DNA of 64,000 nt from Cyanophyceae cyanobacterium (lineage in GTDB: Bacteria; Cyanobacteriota; Cyanobacteriia; Cyanobacteriales; JBHJGN01): contig JBHJGN010000023.1 of NCBI GenBank assembly GCA_050331735.1, positions 140,881 to 204,880 on the forward strand, read 5' to 3'. The notes below the pieces were generated by a model. The model saw nothing but the letters and a program-made list of their open reading frames with translations. It was not told the origin of the DNA and searched no databases. Numbering within the stretch: the stretch's first letter is position 1; every line of letters begins with the position of its first letter. A program made the translations under genes and the position numbers. This document shows positions 41,248 through 51,925 of the stretch, in pieces.

Positions 41248-42486
41248 ATGAAGCGCCTACAGAATTGGCTCCCTCAGCTTCAGTCTCAAGTTTGGCTTCT
41301 CGCCGCCGGACGATTGTTATCTCAGGTGGGCACTGGCTTTATTTTTTTCTATGCGCCGATCTTCTTTGTGAATCAGGTGGGCATCTCAGCGACGCTGGTT
41401 GGCATTGGCATTGGCAGCGCTTCTGTATCTGGAGTCGTGGGGCGCTTTTTAGGCGGAGCGTTTGCCGATTCTCAGTTTTGGGGGCGCCGGCGAACTTTGT
41501 TGCTGTCTGCCGCTGTATCGGCGATCGCTGATGTTGTCCTAGCCCTCACAACTAACTTTGCCACCCTCGTAGTTGGTAACTTACTGATGGGTCTGGGTCA
41601 GGGGCTGTATTGGCCCGCTACCGAAGCAGCGGTAGCCGATTTAACTACTCCAGAAGACCGGAACGAAGCCTTTGCGATGACGCGACTGGCCGATAGCCTT
41701 GGGTTAGGAGTCGGGGTGGTGTTAGGCGGAGCGCTGATTTCTGCCTCCGGTAACTATCGCGTTCTGTTTGTCATCGACGGGATCTCGTTTGTGCTGTTCT
41801 TTGGGCTAATTTATCGTGCGATCACCGAAACCTACCAATCTCAAGAACACCAGCAGCGTCCGCAACAGACCTGGCTAACAGCGCTTCAAGACCGACGTTT
41901 TCTCCTCTACCTCGTTGTCAATATTCTCTTTACCACCAATATCGCTCAAGTGCAGAGTACTCTGCCGCTGTACTTAAAAAATCACGTCTCCGAGCCGGGT
42001 TTTTCTGCCACCGCCATCAGCGCTCTCTTCACCTGGCACATTGCCTTTGCCGCCCTCTGTCAAATTCCGGTTGCTCGCTTTCTCAAGCGTTTTGGTCGGC
42101 CCCGCGCTTTGAGCCTTTCCCTCCTGCTTTGGAGCGGTGGGTTTGTGCTGATTTGGGGGGCAGGCGTGGCTCTCGATCCCCTGCTGTGGGCCATTGCTGC
42201 GCTAGGAGTCTTGGCGATCGCGATGGTGGCCTATACCCCGATTGCTTCTGCTCTGGTCGTCGAGTTAGCCCCACCAGCCCTGCGCGGTGTTTACTTTTCC
42301 CTCAGCTCTCAGTGTTGGGCAGCGGGCTTCTTCATCGGTCCAGCGATTGGCGGTTGGGCCATGGACCAAACGACCGTCATTACCGATAGATTTTGGCTAG
42401 CAACCGCCGCCAGCAGTACCGTTGGTATTTTGCTCTTGCAGTATCTTGAGCGTCTTTTGCCCACTGATTCATCCGCAGAAAATTAG
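41248..42486 (+). CDS. MFS transporter
   Basis: GGAFADS..WGRRRTL motif A, about 12 hydrophobic segments; ATG 41248 preferred. Confidence 0.88.
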   Translation: MKRLQNWLPQLQSQVWLLAAGRLLSQVGTGFIFFYAPIFFVNQVGISATLVGIGIGSASVSGVVGRFLGGAFADSQFWGRRRTLLLSAAVSAIADVVLALTTNFATLVVGNLLMGLGQGLYWPATEAAVADLTTPEDRNEAFAMTRLADSLGLGVGVVLGGALISASGNYRVLFVIDGISFVLFFGLIYRAITETYQSQEHQQRPQQTWLTALQDRRFLLYLVVNILFTTNIAQVQSTLPLYLKNHVSEPGFSATAISALFTWHIAFAALCQIPVARFLKRFGRPRALSLSLLLWSGGFVLIWGAGVALDPLLWAIAALGVLAIAMVAYTPIASALVVELAPPALRGVYFSLSSQCWAAGFFIGPAIGGWAMDQTTVITDRFWLATAASSTVGILLLQYLERLLPTDSSAEN

Positions 42487-42537
42487 CATTGCCGATGCGC
42501 CTTTTTAATTCCCTCTATCCGCGGCGATAGTCACGCT

Positions 42538-45387
42538 CTACCAACGCGGCTCGTTCGCGATTAAAGCCGCCGCTTCCTGACTATCTAAGGGCTGAGAGAA
42601 AAAACGCCCTTGAGCATAGCTGCACTGAAGCTGTTTAAGCCGATCGAACTGCTCCGCCGTTTCTACCCCTTCAGCGATGACGGTGATGGCTAGTTTCTGC
42701 GCCAGGGCCATAATCGTTTCAATAATTTTCAGATTGCTGCGATCGCTCTCTATCCTGCTGATAAAGGAGCGATCGATTTTAAATCCATTGATGGGAAAGC
42801 GATGTAAACACCCCAGCGATGAATAGCCAGTGCCGAAATTATCAATGTACAGCTCAACCCCCAGCTTTCGCAGCCCAGACATCGTAGAAACGGCGCGATC
42901 GCTAGACATAATCTCTTTTTCTGTAATTTCGAGCTTCAGACACTGCGAATCGATCTGCGTTTCCTGCAAAACGCGCTGAACCTCCTCGATCAGATTAAGC
43001 TGCTGAAACTGACCATTACAGAGATTAACGCTTACGGCTAGCGCACGACTCGCGAGCGGCAAACTAGTTCCGTGTTGCCATTCCTGAAGCTGTCGGCACG
43101 TTTGCTGAATTGTCCAGCGACCGATTCCGGTCATCAGCTCGGTTTCTTGAGCAACGGCTAAGAATTCCTCTGGCTCTAGCAGACCTCGCTGAGGATGCTG
43201 CCAGCGCAGCAGCGCTTCAAAGCCGTTGAGGGTTCCCGTCGTCATCGAGACAACGGGTTGGTAGTAAAGTTCAAACTCTTCCTGCTCGACGGCTCGCCGG
43301 AGGTCAGTTTCCAACTGAAGGCGTTCAACAGCGCGCGCCAGCATGCCATCATTAAACATTTCGTAACGTCCCTTGCCGCGCTCCTTGGCGCGGTACATGG
43401 CAATATCGGCATCGCGCAGCAGATCGGCGGCCTGACTGTAGTTGCTGGTGTTGAGGGCAATACCGATGCTGGTTCCGGTAAACACCTCTTGTCCATTCAG
43501 CACAAAGGGGCTGCTAATTTCCTCTTGGATTCTTTCGGCCACGCGAATCGCATCGCTGGCATCTCTAATATCTTCAAGCAACACGGTAAATTCGTCGCCG
43601 CCTAAGCGGGCTGCGGTATCAATCGGTCGCAGGCACTGTTCGAGGCGACGGGCGATCGCTATCAGCAACCAATCTCCAGTGGTATGACCGAGACTGTCGT
43701 TGATCACCTTGAAACGATCTAAGTCTAGAAACAGCACCGCAAATAGATAGTTCTCCTGTCGCTGACTGCGTTCGAGGGCCTGATTCAGGCGATCCGTAAA
43801 TAATGCCCGATTTGGTAATTTTGTCAAGGCATCGTAGAAGGCATTTTGAAAGAGCTGCTGTTCTGCCTGCTTTTGCTCGGTAATATCGCGACCAATGATA
43901 TATAGTTCGACTGGCTCGCCTTCGTCGTTAAGCAGGAGTTGGCTGCGCTGGCGAATCCAGAGGGCAGAACCGTTTTTGTGGCGTTTACGCAGTTCCTGTT
44001 CGCAAAAGAGCTGTCGCTTGGTGAAGGTAGCTTCGAGCCACTGCTGGACCCACTCGCGGTCGGGTTCGTATACGGTCATCAGAGCAGACTGACCGAGCAA
44101 TTCTGCTTTCGAGTAGCCTAAATAGGCGGCTCCAAACTGATTGACAGAAACAATCGTCCCGTCAGGAGCAATAGAAAAATAGGCATCAGGAGCGTTATCG
44201 TAAAGAGCGCGGTACTTTTCTTGGCTCTGTTGTAGCTCTTTTTCTGAACGTTTACGTTCAGTAATATCGCGGCAGGTCGCGACAATTCCCTCGACGACGT
44301 TATTCGTCAATAGATTTTTGGCAACAATTTCAAAATGACGCCAACTTCGGTCGCGATGCCGCAAGCGAAGTTCTTGTGTCAGATTGGTATCTGCCGCTTT
44401 CGCTAAGACCTGCTCCCAGAAGCGTTTTGCTTGGGAAATATCGTCAGGGTGAATCAGCAAATCAGCTTGTTTGCCGAGCCATTTCTCCGGCTTGTGCTGC
44501 AAAATTGTCTCGGTAGCGGGACTTAAATAATTAATGGTGCCGTCTGCGGCGACAATGGCAACAATATCCGAGGCGTTTTGAACAAGAGCGCGAAAGCGTT
44601 CTTCACTTTGCCCTTGAGCGATCGCCGTTGCTCGACTGGCTGTCGAGCGTTGCCCAAAGAAAGAGGCCAGAAGCGTCAGGAACAAAATGACGAGCGCTGC
44701 TGCGCCGATCATGACCGCTAAGCGAGCATGATTAGTGCCAGGAGGTTGCTGAAGAGCGACGCTTTGAATCGGTCGGTAATCAACAGCAGCCATAGCTAAG
44801 TAGTGCATCCCAACAATCGCCGCTGCCATTAGCGACATGCTGCTTACCTTGCGGACAATCTCGTGCATGAGCTGCTCGGAGCGCTGATGAAAAGCAATTC
44901 CCAAAGCTCCGCCCGAAAATCCAACCGCCGTCACGACAGATAACGTCATCCACTGGGGATCGTAGTAAGCGATCGCATTCACTCGTACCGCTTCCATCGC
45001 CGTTAGGTGTAGACCGACGATGCCTAATCCTACTAGCAGGGCTCCCAGAAGCAAAGACTGAGACGTTAATGGATGCTGGCGAGTCACCACATAGAGCCCA
45101 GCCCCAGCCCCAGCAACTGACACCGCCATTGCCACCAGCACGACAGGAAAATTATAGGCGATGGGAATCGATAGCCGATAGGCCAGCATGGCCACAAAGT
45201 GCTGTGCCCAGATGCTAATTCCGAGGGTCAGCGCTCCTCCTAAGAGCCAATACTTTCTTCTTTGGCTACCAATGATCTGTTCGGCTAAATCAAGAGCGAT
45301 ATAGGAACCGAACACCGCAATGGCAACGGAAAGAATCACCAGGCGAGGGTCGTAGGTCTCAGTTAAAATGGTGCCTGCCTGTGCCAT
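42538..45387 (-). CDS. MHYT-PAS-PAS-GGDEF-EAL c-di-GMP signalling protein
   Basis: AQHF/GLHL/GMHY MHYT repeats; two PAS/PAC (DITERK, DITEQK); LDLDRFK..RLGGDEF; FEALLRW, DNFGTGYSS, AEGVE. Confidence 0.92.
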   Translation of the reverse strand: MAQAGTILTETYDPRLVILSVAIAVFGSYIALDLAEQIIGSQRRKYWLLGGALTLGISIWAQHFVAMLAYRLSIPIAYNFPVVLVAMAVSVAGAGAGLYVVTRQHPLTSQSLLLGALLVGLGIVGLHLTAMEAVRVNAIAYYDPQWMTLSVVTAVGFSGGALGIAFHQRSEQLMHEIVRKVSSMSLMAAAIVGMHYLAMAAVDYRPIQSVALQQPPGTNHARLAVMIGAAALVILFLTLLASFFGQRSTASRATAIAQGQSEERFRALVQNASDIVAIVAADGTINYLSPATETILQHKPEKWLGKQADLLIHPDDISQAKRFWEQVLAKAADTNLTQELRLRHRDRSWRHFEIVAKNLLTNNVVEGIVATCRDITERKRSEKELQQSQEKYRALYDNAPDAYFSIAPDGTIVSVNQFGAAYLGYSKAELLGQSALMTVYEPDREWVQQWLEATFTKRQLFCEQELRKRHKNGSALWIRQRSQLLLNDEGEPVELYIIGRDITEQKQAEQQLFQNAFYDALTKLPNRALFTDRLNQALERSQRQENYLFAVLFLDLDRFKVINDSLGHTTGDWLLIAIARRLEQCLRPIDTAARLGGDEFTVLLEDIRDASDAIRVAERIQEEISSPFVLNGQEVFTGTSIGIALNTSNYSQAADLLRDADIAMYRAKERGKGRYEMFNDGMLARAVERLQLETDLRRAVEQEEFELYYQPVVSMTTGTLNGFEALLRWQHPQRGLLEPEEFLAVAQETELMTGIGRWTIQQTCRQLQEWQHGTSLPLASRALAVSVNLCNGQFQQLNLIEEVQRVLQETQIDSQCLKLEITEKEIMSSDRAVSTMSGLRKLGVELYIDNFGTGYSSLGCLHRFPINGFKIDRSFISRIESDRSNLKIIETIMALAQKLAITVIAEGVETAEQFDRLKQLQCSYAQGRFFSQPLDSQEAAALIANEPRW

Positions 45388-45471
45388 GTGTCGAGTATCA
45401 GACTAAGCAACAATAATCGGCTCATTCTAGCACAATCGCCCCATTTGTGTTCGTTGGCGGTCTTTTGTCCG

Positions 45472-46107
45472 TTATCGTCTTTTCTGGAGCTGACGATAAA
45501 CATCACGAAGTTCTACGTTGTGATGAACAAGAGCAACTAAAACATGATATAACAAGTCAGCCACTTCAGATGCAATCGCTTCCGGGTCGTCGTCTTTACA
45601 CGCCATCACCACTTCGGTGGCTTCTTCACCGAGCTTTTTGAGAATTTTGTTGTCGCCCCCCTCAAAGAGCTGACAGGTATAGGAACCAGCCACCGGATGC
45701 TGAGCGCGATCGCTGACGACTTTAAACACCTCCGATAACGTATCTGCCGGGGGAGCGACTTTGGTGCTGTCTACCTGATGAAAGCAGCTTCTTTCCCCGG
45801 TGTGGCAGGCAACATCGCCAACCTGCTCAACGCTAACGAGGAGAGCATCGCTGTCGCAGTCGTACCGCAGAGAGCGAACTTTTTGAATCTGCCCAGAAGT
45901 AGCGCCTTTATGCCACAGTTCCTGGCGAGAACGGCTCCAGTACCACACTTCGCCAGTGGCGAGGGTTTTTAAAAGCGAGTCTCGGTTCATCCACGCCATC
46001 ATCAGCACCGTTCCGTCGAGGTAATCTTGAGCGATCACCGGAACAAGACCTCGATCGTCGTAGCGAATGGCGTCGACGGGAATGGCGGTTGAGTTAGTTG
46101 AGAACAT
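45472..46107 (-). CDS. hisIE: Bifunctional phosphoribosyl-AMP cyclohydrolase / phosphoribosyl-ATP pyrophosphatase
   Basis: [48 protein letters not shown]. Confidence 0.96.
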   Translation of the reverse strand: MFSTNSTAIPVDAIRYDDRGLVPVIAQDYLDGTVLMMAWMNRDSLLKTLATGEVWYWSRSRQELWHKGATSGQIQKVRSLRYDCDSDALLVSVEQVGDVACHTGERSCFHQVDSTKVAPPADTLSEVFKVVSDRAQHPVAGSYTCQLFEGGDNKILKKLGEEATEVVMACKDDDPEAIASEVADLLYHVLVALVHHNVELRDVYRQLQKRR

Positions 46108-46317
46108 AGTCTAACTGGGAAGAGAAAATATAGGCTAACAGATATTGTCTCGCACTTGGCGGCTTTGAGGGCAACCGCAACGAGGCGCAAAGAGAGCCGA
46201 CAAAAAAAGGTCAGAGACAATGGACCTTGACCTCTAGGTTAAGATCGTAGAATGATCGCGATCGCTGACTAAAATTACCTCGACGCTTTTTAAAATATCG
46301 AAGATAAGGAGCAAGGA

Positions 46318-47619
46318 TTGGTTACAACAACTTCTTTTCAAACTACCAAATCAGAAGAAATTTTTACAGCGGCTCAAAAGCTGATGCCCGGTGGAGTCAG
46401 CTCTCCAGTGCGAGCCTTTAAATCGGTTGGCGGACAGCCGATTGTGTTTGACCGAGTAAGCGGAGCCTATATCTGGGATGTTGACGGCAATCAGTATATT
46501 GATTACGTCGGGACGTGGGGACCGGCCATCTGCGGTCACGCTCATCCGGATGTGATTGCGGCTCTGCACGATGCTTTAGAGAAGGGAACCAGCTTTGGCG
46601 CTCCCTCTGTGCAGGAAAATATTCTCGCGGAGATGGTTATTGAGGCCGTTCCCAGTATTGATATTGTCCGCTTTGTCAATTCCGGAACGGAAGCCTGTAT
46701 GTCGGTTCTGCGACTCATGCGAGCCTTTACCGGACGTGAGCGCATCATTAAGTTTGCCGGCTGTTATCACGGTCATGCCGATATGTTTCTTGTTAAGGCT
46801 GGGTCGGGAGTGGCCACTCTCGGGTTGCCAGATTCTCCCGGCGTTCCTAAATCAGCGACTGACAATACCCTCACCGCTCCCTACAACGATTTAGAAGCCG
46901 TTAAAGCGCTATTTGCCGACTATCCCGACCAGATTGCTGGAGTCATTCTGGAGCCAGTTGTTGGCAATTCTGGCTTTGTGGCTCCCGACGCTGGTTTTTT
47001 GGAGGGGTTGCGAGAACTGACGCAAGACAACGGCGCTCTGCTCGTGTTTGACGAAGTGATGACCGGGTTCCGCATTGCCTACGGAGGAGCACAGGAAAAA
47101 TTTGGCGTGACCCCCGATCTAACCACTCTTGGCAAAGTGATTGGTGGCGGCTTACCTGTAGGGGCTTACGGCGGACGGAAAGAGATCATGTCTTGGGTCG
47201 CGCCGTCAGGTCCAATGTATCAAGCCGGGACTCTATCGGGGAATCCCCTCGCGATGACTGCCGGAATTAAGACGTTAGAGCTACTACAAAAACCAGGAAC
47301 CTACGAGCAGCTCAATCAAGTTACGAAAAAGCTTACGAACGGGCTGCTGCAAATTGCTAGAGAAACGGGGCATGCCGTTTACGGCGGTCAAATTAGCGGC
47401 ATGTTTGGCCTCTTCTTTACCGGAGAACCAGTTCACAATTACGAGGATGCTAAGAAGTCGGACCTCGCCAAATTTGCGCGTTTTCATCGCGGCATGCTGG
47501 AGCGCGGCATTTACTTGGCTCCGTCTCAATTTGAAGCCGGATTTACCTCCCTCGCTCATACAGACGAAGATATTAATCGCACCCTAGCCGCGGCTAGAGA
47601 AGTGATGGCAAGTCTGTAA
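46318..47619 (+). CDS. hemL: Glutamate-1-semialdehyde 2,1-aminomutase
   Basis: [58 protein letters not shown]. Confidence 0.97.
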   Translation: MVTTTSFQTTKSEEIFTAAQKLMPGGVSSPVRAFKSVGGQPIVFDRVSGAYIWDVDGNQYIDYVGTWGPAICGHAHPDVIAALHDALEKGTSFGAPSVQENILAEMVIEAVPSIDIVRFVNSGTEACMSVLRLMRAFTGRERIIKFAGCYHGHADMFLVKAGSGVATLGLPDSPGVPKSATDNTLTAPYNDLEAVKALFADYPDQIAGVILEPVVGNSGFVAPDAGFLEGLRELTQDNGALLVFDEVMTGFRIAYGGAQEKFGVTPDLTTLGKVIGGGLPVGAYGGRKEIMSWVAPSGPMYQAGTLSGNPLAMTAGIKTLELLQKPGTYEQLNQVTKKLTNGLLQIARETGHAVYGGQISGMFGLFFTGEPVHNYEDAKKSDLAKFARFHRGMLERGIYLAPSQFEAGFTSLAHTDEDINRTLAAAREVMASL

Positions 47620-47620
47620 A

Positions 47621-47828
47621 GCGCCTGCGGCGCTGTACGCCTCCGGCATAGGAAAAAGGGGAAAGGGTAAGGGGAAAAGGAAGTAGTGATTCAGTTTCTT
47701 CCTTAGTCCTGTGTTCTTGTCCCGTCGCAGAGCGACTTGTTTCCCTGTCCCCTTTTCCCGTTCCGACTAGGAACTGTTTCCCCGTCTCGCCAGAGACAAA
47801 TTTCCCCTTGCCCCGTCGCGTTCGCGAC
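47621..47828 (-). repeat. Composite purine-tract/micro-hairpin repeat between convergent hemL and yajQ
   Basis: Core tcagtttcttccttagtcctgtgttctt is a near reverse complement of aagaatacagaactaaggaagaggctga at ~314; hairpins at 47724, 47760, 47784, 47815. Confidence 0.88.
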
Positions 47829-48319
47829 TATCGGTAATTAGTAAACTGTAGCGCCACCGGAAAATCTTCTTGCTTGATGCGCTGAATTACCTGTTGAAGG
47901 TCGTCTTTTGCTTTACTAGAAACCCTGACAGAATCTCCCTGAATTGAAGCCTGCACTTTTTTGAAGTCATCCCGGACAATTTTGGTGATTTTTTTAGCAA
48001 TGTCCTGGCTGATGCCCTTTTGGAGAGTGATTTCCTGCTGAACGCGGCTGCCACTAGCGGATTCGACCTTGCCATAATCGAAGATTTTTTGGGAAAGATT
48101 GCGCTTGGCTGCCTTCTGTCGCAGAATATCGTGAACAGATTCTAGCGTAAAATCGCTATTGGTGTTAACGGTAATGGTGTTTTCGCCCAGTTCGACCGTG
48201 GTTTTAGTGTCTTTAAGGTCGTAACGGTTCTTAATTTCTCGTATCGTTTGATCGACGGTATTAACCATTTCCTGTCGATCGAAATCACTAACGATATCAA
48301 ATGAATAGGTAGAGGCCAT
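47828..48319 (-). CDS. yajQ: YajQ family nucleotide-binding protein
   Basis: [35 protein letters not shown]. Confidence 0.94.
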   Translation of the reverse strand: MASTYSFDIVSDFDRQEMVNTVDQTIREIKNRYDLKDTKTTVELGENTITVNTNSDFTLESVHDILRQKAAKRNLSQKIFDYGKVESASGSRVQQEITLQKGISQDIAKKITKIVRDDFKKVQASIQGDSVRVSSKAKDDLQQVIQRIKQEDFPVALQFTNYR

Positions 48320-48339
48320 AGGTGATCGTTAATTAATAT

Positions 48340-48759
48340 CTAGACAGCACTACTTATGGTAATTAAGCTCAGTCCAAACAGGGTAAAGCTACAGAGTGAC
48401 CCAATAGCGAACATCAGCGATCGCCCCCAGGGAAAATCGCTGATATAGAATACCCCGTGGAGGAGCCGCGCTCCTAAAAACGTGAGAGCGATTCCTGGGA
48501 TTAAAGGCGAGTTAGCGCCCGTAACGTACGCCATCAATGCTGCCGCAGCGAAAATGGGAAAGGCTTCAATGGCGTTTTGGTGTGCCCAGGTCGCCCGCTG
48601 GGCGTAGCCAGGGAGCTTGTCGAACATGGAGCGAGGCGCTCCCATATTGTAGCCCACTTGGAAACGAGCATAGGCTACTGGCAGAAACGGTACGTAGATT
48701 AAGAGCGCTGCGCCGACAATCGAGTAAAGCAGTATGGCGTTGGGGGCAGGATTGACCAT
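48340..48759 (-). CDS. MAPEG family membrane protein
   Basis: RATWAHQNAIEAFPIFAAA, ARLLH; ATG at 48759 overlaps upstream TGA. Confidence 0.85.
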   Translation of the reverse strand: MVNPAPNAILLYSIVGAALLIYVPFLPVAYARFQVGYNMGAPRSMFDKLPGYAQRATWAHQNAIEAFPIFAAAALMAYVTGANSPLIPGIALTFLGARLLHGVFYISDFPWGRSLMFAIGSLCSFTLFGLSLITISSAV

Positions 48760-49268
48760 CAGTCGAAGTAAAATAACGTTACTAGCTTCCGCTGTTCTTC
48801 GGCTTCTTGACACGTTTGAAGCAGCGTATGGCTGTCGTGAAAGGCAAAACAAACAAGCTGCTGGCAGCGAGACACAATTTCCCGATTACAAAGAGCGCTG
48901 GCTTCGGCTAAAGAGAGGCGGTCGTTCTCAGGATTCTCTACTAGATGCATCACCTTTTCGAGCTGAAGCCGCGACTCTTTAGGCTGGCGCTTGAGGCTTT
49001 GGGGCAAAATCACCGTTAACAGAGTCGGATCGGCACGCATCGCGCCGCGGATGGCGGCTGAGTTCGTTCCCGTTGCGCCCGAGGTCAATAGGCGATTGCC
49101 CCCGAGTACTAGGGCATAGGTCATCATTTCGATGAGGCGCTGATGGGTAATCGGGACGTGCCGCGAACCCAAAATAGCAATTCGCTTTGATCCCGTCTCC
49201 TGAATCGTTGCTAGTTCCTGGGCTAATGTGTCTAATTGGGAAGTACTGATTTCTGCTGGCTGACTCAA
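48759..49268 (-). CDS. Small DprA/SLOG-like Rossmann-fold protein (conserved cyanobacterial)
   Basis: RIAILGSR, LLTSGATGTNSAAIRGA, CNREIV. Confidence 0.7.
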   Translation of the reverse strand: MSQPAEISTSQLDTLAQELATIQETGSKRIAILGSRHVPITHQRLIEMMTYALVLGGNRLLTSGATGTNSAAIRGAMRADPTLLTVILPQSLKRQPKESRLQLEKVMHLVENPENDRLSLAEASALCNREIVSRCQQLVCFAFHDSHTLLQTCQEAEEQRKLVTLFYFD

Positions 49269-49440
49269 AGATCGCTTTTAAGCTAGATTATCCCAGATAT
49301 TTTAGCAAACCCTGAACCGTTAAAGATCCTCAATTCGACAAAAGGAGAACAGGGCTTTGGGAGAAAGTTGACACGTCTTCATCATTGGGCTTAAACGTTG
49401 CTTGGAAAACTGAAACTGTGCTACTATGAAAGACCGTCTT

Positions 49441-49514
49441 GGACGCATAGCTCAGTTGGTTAGAGTACTACGTTGACATCGTAGGGGTCACTGGTTCGAG
49501 TCCAGTTGCGTCCA
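49441..49514 (+). tRNA. trnV: tRNA-Val (anticodon GAC)
   Basis: GGACGCATAGCTCAGTTGGTTAGAGTACTACGTTGACATCGTAGGGGTCACTGGTTCGAGTCCAGTTGCGTCCA cloverleaf; loop TT-GAC-AT. Confidence 0.96.
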
Positions 49515-49634
49515 CTGACAGAGAACAGCATCGGTGTTGGGACTGAAGGCAAATCCCTCTGAATTTATTCTCTCCAGCGTTAGGATTAGAGCTGAAATCG
49601 ACAGCCTTGGGGCAAACTCAAGCCTAGTTCAAGC

Positions 49635-49663
49635 AAAAAAAAGCCAGCGACTGTAGTCGCTGG
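49635..49663 (-). terminator. Rho-independent terminator on minus strand
   Basis: CCAGCGAC-TGTA-GTCGCTGG stem with A8 on the + strand side (U8 tail on minus). Confidence 0.75.
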
Positions 49664-49748
49664 AGAATTAAATCGTTGTTGTTTGCAGAGAAAATCCCCT
49701 CGACAGCTTCGACAAGCTATCGCTAGCAGAATTTCTTTTGAATCGATT

Positions 49749-49762
49749 GTAACAGAACATAC
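49749..49762. promoter_or_regulatory. NtcA-box-like site
   Basis: GTA-ACAGAACA-TAC = GTAN8TAC. Confidence 0.45.
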
Positions 49763-49792
49763 CGAAGTTTGTAACGAAAAATAAAATTTTTG

Positions 49793-51541
49793 TTACTTTA
49801 TGCCCTGGGTGAGATGCTCCACTGCCTGTTGAGGATGTCCCCACACAATACGCTCCTGCTTATAAAGCACCATACCTGGCTTGGCCCCCTTGGGTTTGTA
49901 AACGTGTTTGGGTTCGGTATAGACAACGGGAATTTGATTACTCTGTCGCCCCCTGCTATAGTAGGCAGCCAAATCGGCAGCAAATTGCAGATCGGTTTCG
50001 TCAGGGACAGCTCCTGGCTCCAGGCGCAGCAGGACGTGACTGCCGGCAATCTCTTGAGCGTGAAACCAAAGATCGTAGTCTCCGGCTATGCGCGTGAGCC
50101 GCTCATTCTGGCGATTATTGCGACCAACCCAAAGCTGAAACCCAGATGGGGTGAAATAGCGGTAAGGCTCTGATTCTTTGGTTGTGCTGCGGCTGCGTTG
50201 CGCCTCCAAGTAGTGTTGCTCAATCAGTTCCTCGCGGATTTCCTCAAGAGTCTCTAGATCCGCCACTGATTGATACTGAGTCTGGTCGAGCATAGACTCG
50301 ATTTGCTCTAGGTACACAATTTCCTGATTGGCCTCCTCTAGTAACGGAGCCACTGCTACGCGAGCGCGCTTCAGTTTTTGGTGACGTTTGTAGAGTGCTT
50401 GCGCATTTTGAACCGCATTTTTTTCTGGGTTGAGCGCAATCTTGACGGGTTGCCCCGTATTAAAATCCGTGAGGACAATGGCCTGCAGGCCTGGTTTCCA
50501 TTCGTGGAGATGGGCCATCAGTAAATCAGCCTGATGTCTCTGCTGGTCGGCATCGTCAGACTGCTGCAGGCGCTCAACAAAGGTTTTTGCTTTCTGTCGT
50601 AGCTTTGAGAGTACGCTCTTGACCTTTTGCCCTAGCTGATGGCGCAGTTGCTGAAATACTTGCTGATTGAGCTGGTCTGTATAGTAGCGATTGAGCAGAG
50701 TTTGCACGGTGTCGGCTGGAGTCAGCATTTCCCACCCCATCACTGTGTACCCCTCTTCAGTCCAGCCAGGACTAAAGCGCTCTGTCGCTAAAGCTTGCAG
50801 CCATTCTTGCCACCGGGCAAACAGTCTCTGCCAGTCTGTCTTTTGCAGGCTGGCTGTTGCTTGTTGCGGATCGAGGTGGGCTGCCTGCACCATTGAGCGA
50901 GCCAATGCTGGACTGAGACCGCGATAGCTTTTGAGGAGCTGACGACTAATTGCTCCGGGAATGAGGCTCACACGCTCTTGCCAACGTTCACAGGACTCGT
51001 TGGCATCGGGAATAGTTCCCATCAGCGGTGGCGGTGGCTCGTAGAGCTGTCCGGTTTGCACAGTGCGCAAGCTAGATTGAGCGGCGCTGACCTGATGAGC
51101 CGCCGTTACAATCTGGCCATGAGCGTCCGTTAGAATGACGTTGCTGTACTTACCCATCACCTCAACGTAGAGATGCCAACGAGGAGATTCGCCGGGCCGT
51201 TTTGCAAATTGCAGATCCACCACTCTTTCCCAAGAGGCGATCGCGATCATCGCCGTAAGCGCTAATCCTCCTAACTGATGTCGGAGCTGGTCGCTGAAGG
51301 TAAACGTATCTGGAGACCGAGGTGGGGGATCGCCAAGACAAATTCTGGCTCCTTGGGGATGCCAGCAGAGCGTTAGCCATCCTCGTCCTTCTGTAGTCCG
51401 GAGGGCCAGCATCACCGTTGTGCGATCGCGCTGATAGACTTGCTCAATACGAGCCGGAAGCCAACATCTTCGTAAATCGACACAGGCAGCCCTTAATGTT
51501 GTATAGTCAACAGATTGCATAATTCTGGGAACAGTGACCAA
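49793..51541 (-). CDS. rqcH: NFACT / RqcH (Rqc2, FbpA-like) ribosome quality-control protein
   Basis: ERVVDLQF, EVMGKYSNVIL, NAQALYKRHQKLK, VGRNNRQNE, WFHAQEIAGSHV, KPKGAKPGMV. Confidence 0.88.
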   Translation of the reverse strand: MVTVPRIMQSVDYTTLRAACVDLRRCWLPARIEQVYQRDRTTVMLALRTTEGRGWLTLCWHPQGARICLGDPPPRSPDTFTFSDQLRHQLGGLALTAMIAIASWERVVDLQFAKRPGESPRWHLYVEVMGKYSNVILTDAHGQIVTAAHQVSAAQSSLRTVQTGQLYEPPPPLMGTIPDANESCERWQERVSLIPGAISRQLLKSYRGLSPALARSMVQAAHLDPQQATASLQKTDWQRLFARWQEWLQALATERFSPGWTEEGYTVMGWEMLTPADTVQTLLNRYYTDQLNQQVFQQLRHQLGQKVKSVLSKLRQKAKTFVERLQQSDDADQQRHQADLLMAHLHEWKPGLQAIVLTDFNTGQPVKIALNPEKNAVQNAQALYKRHQKLKRARVAVAPLLEEANQEIVYLEQIESMLDQTQYQSVADLETLEEIREELIEQHYLEAQRSRSTTKESEPYRYFTPSGFQLWVGRNNRQNERLTRIAGDYDLWFHAQEIAGSHVLLRLEPGAVPDETDLQFAADLAAYYSRGRQSNQIPVVYTEPKHVYKPKGAKPGMVLYKQERIVWGHPQQAVEHLTQGIK

Positions 51542-51925
51542 TTACCAGGTTAACGAGCCAGCTTGATAACTGTGAGGCAGCACGAGCTTGGGGGTTTCTC
51601 ATAAGTGAGTGCTGAAAGCGTTAGCTCCCCCGGATGTTTCCTCCGGAGGATCGCGGCTCAAACGCTCGTCGTAACGACCTAGCCTCAATCATTCGGGGAG
51701 AGAGCGCTGATGCCGCTCTATTTGTGGATAACTGATGACTAATTGCAGATTTCTACTGTAGGATAGAAGCTACTTCAGATAGCTCGTTCACAATCAATGA
51801 AATGCAAGAAAATCTCGAAATGTAGAGTGTGACACAGTTTTTCCGTTGTAAGCTTTGATTTTTATCGATAAGATTGATATCGTCTGGCCTTATTCATTTT
51901 TTAACAGCATAGCCTTGAATTTCTC

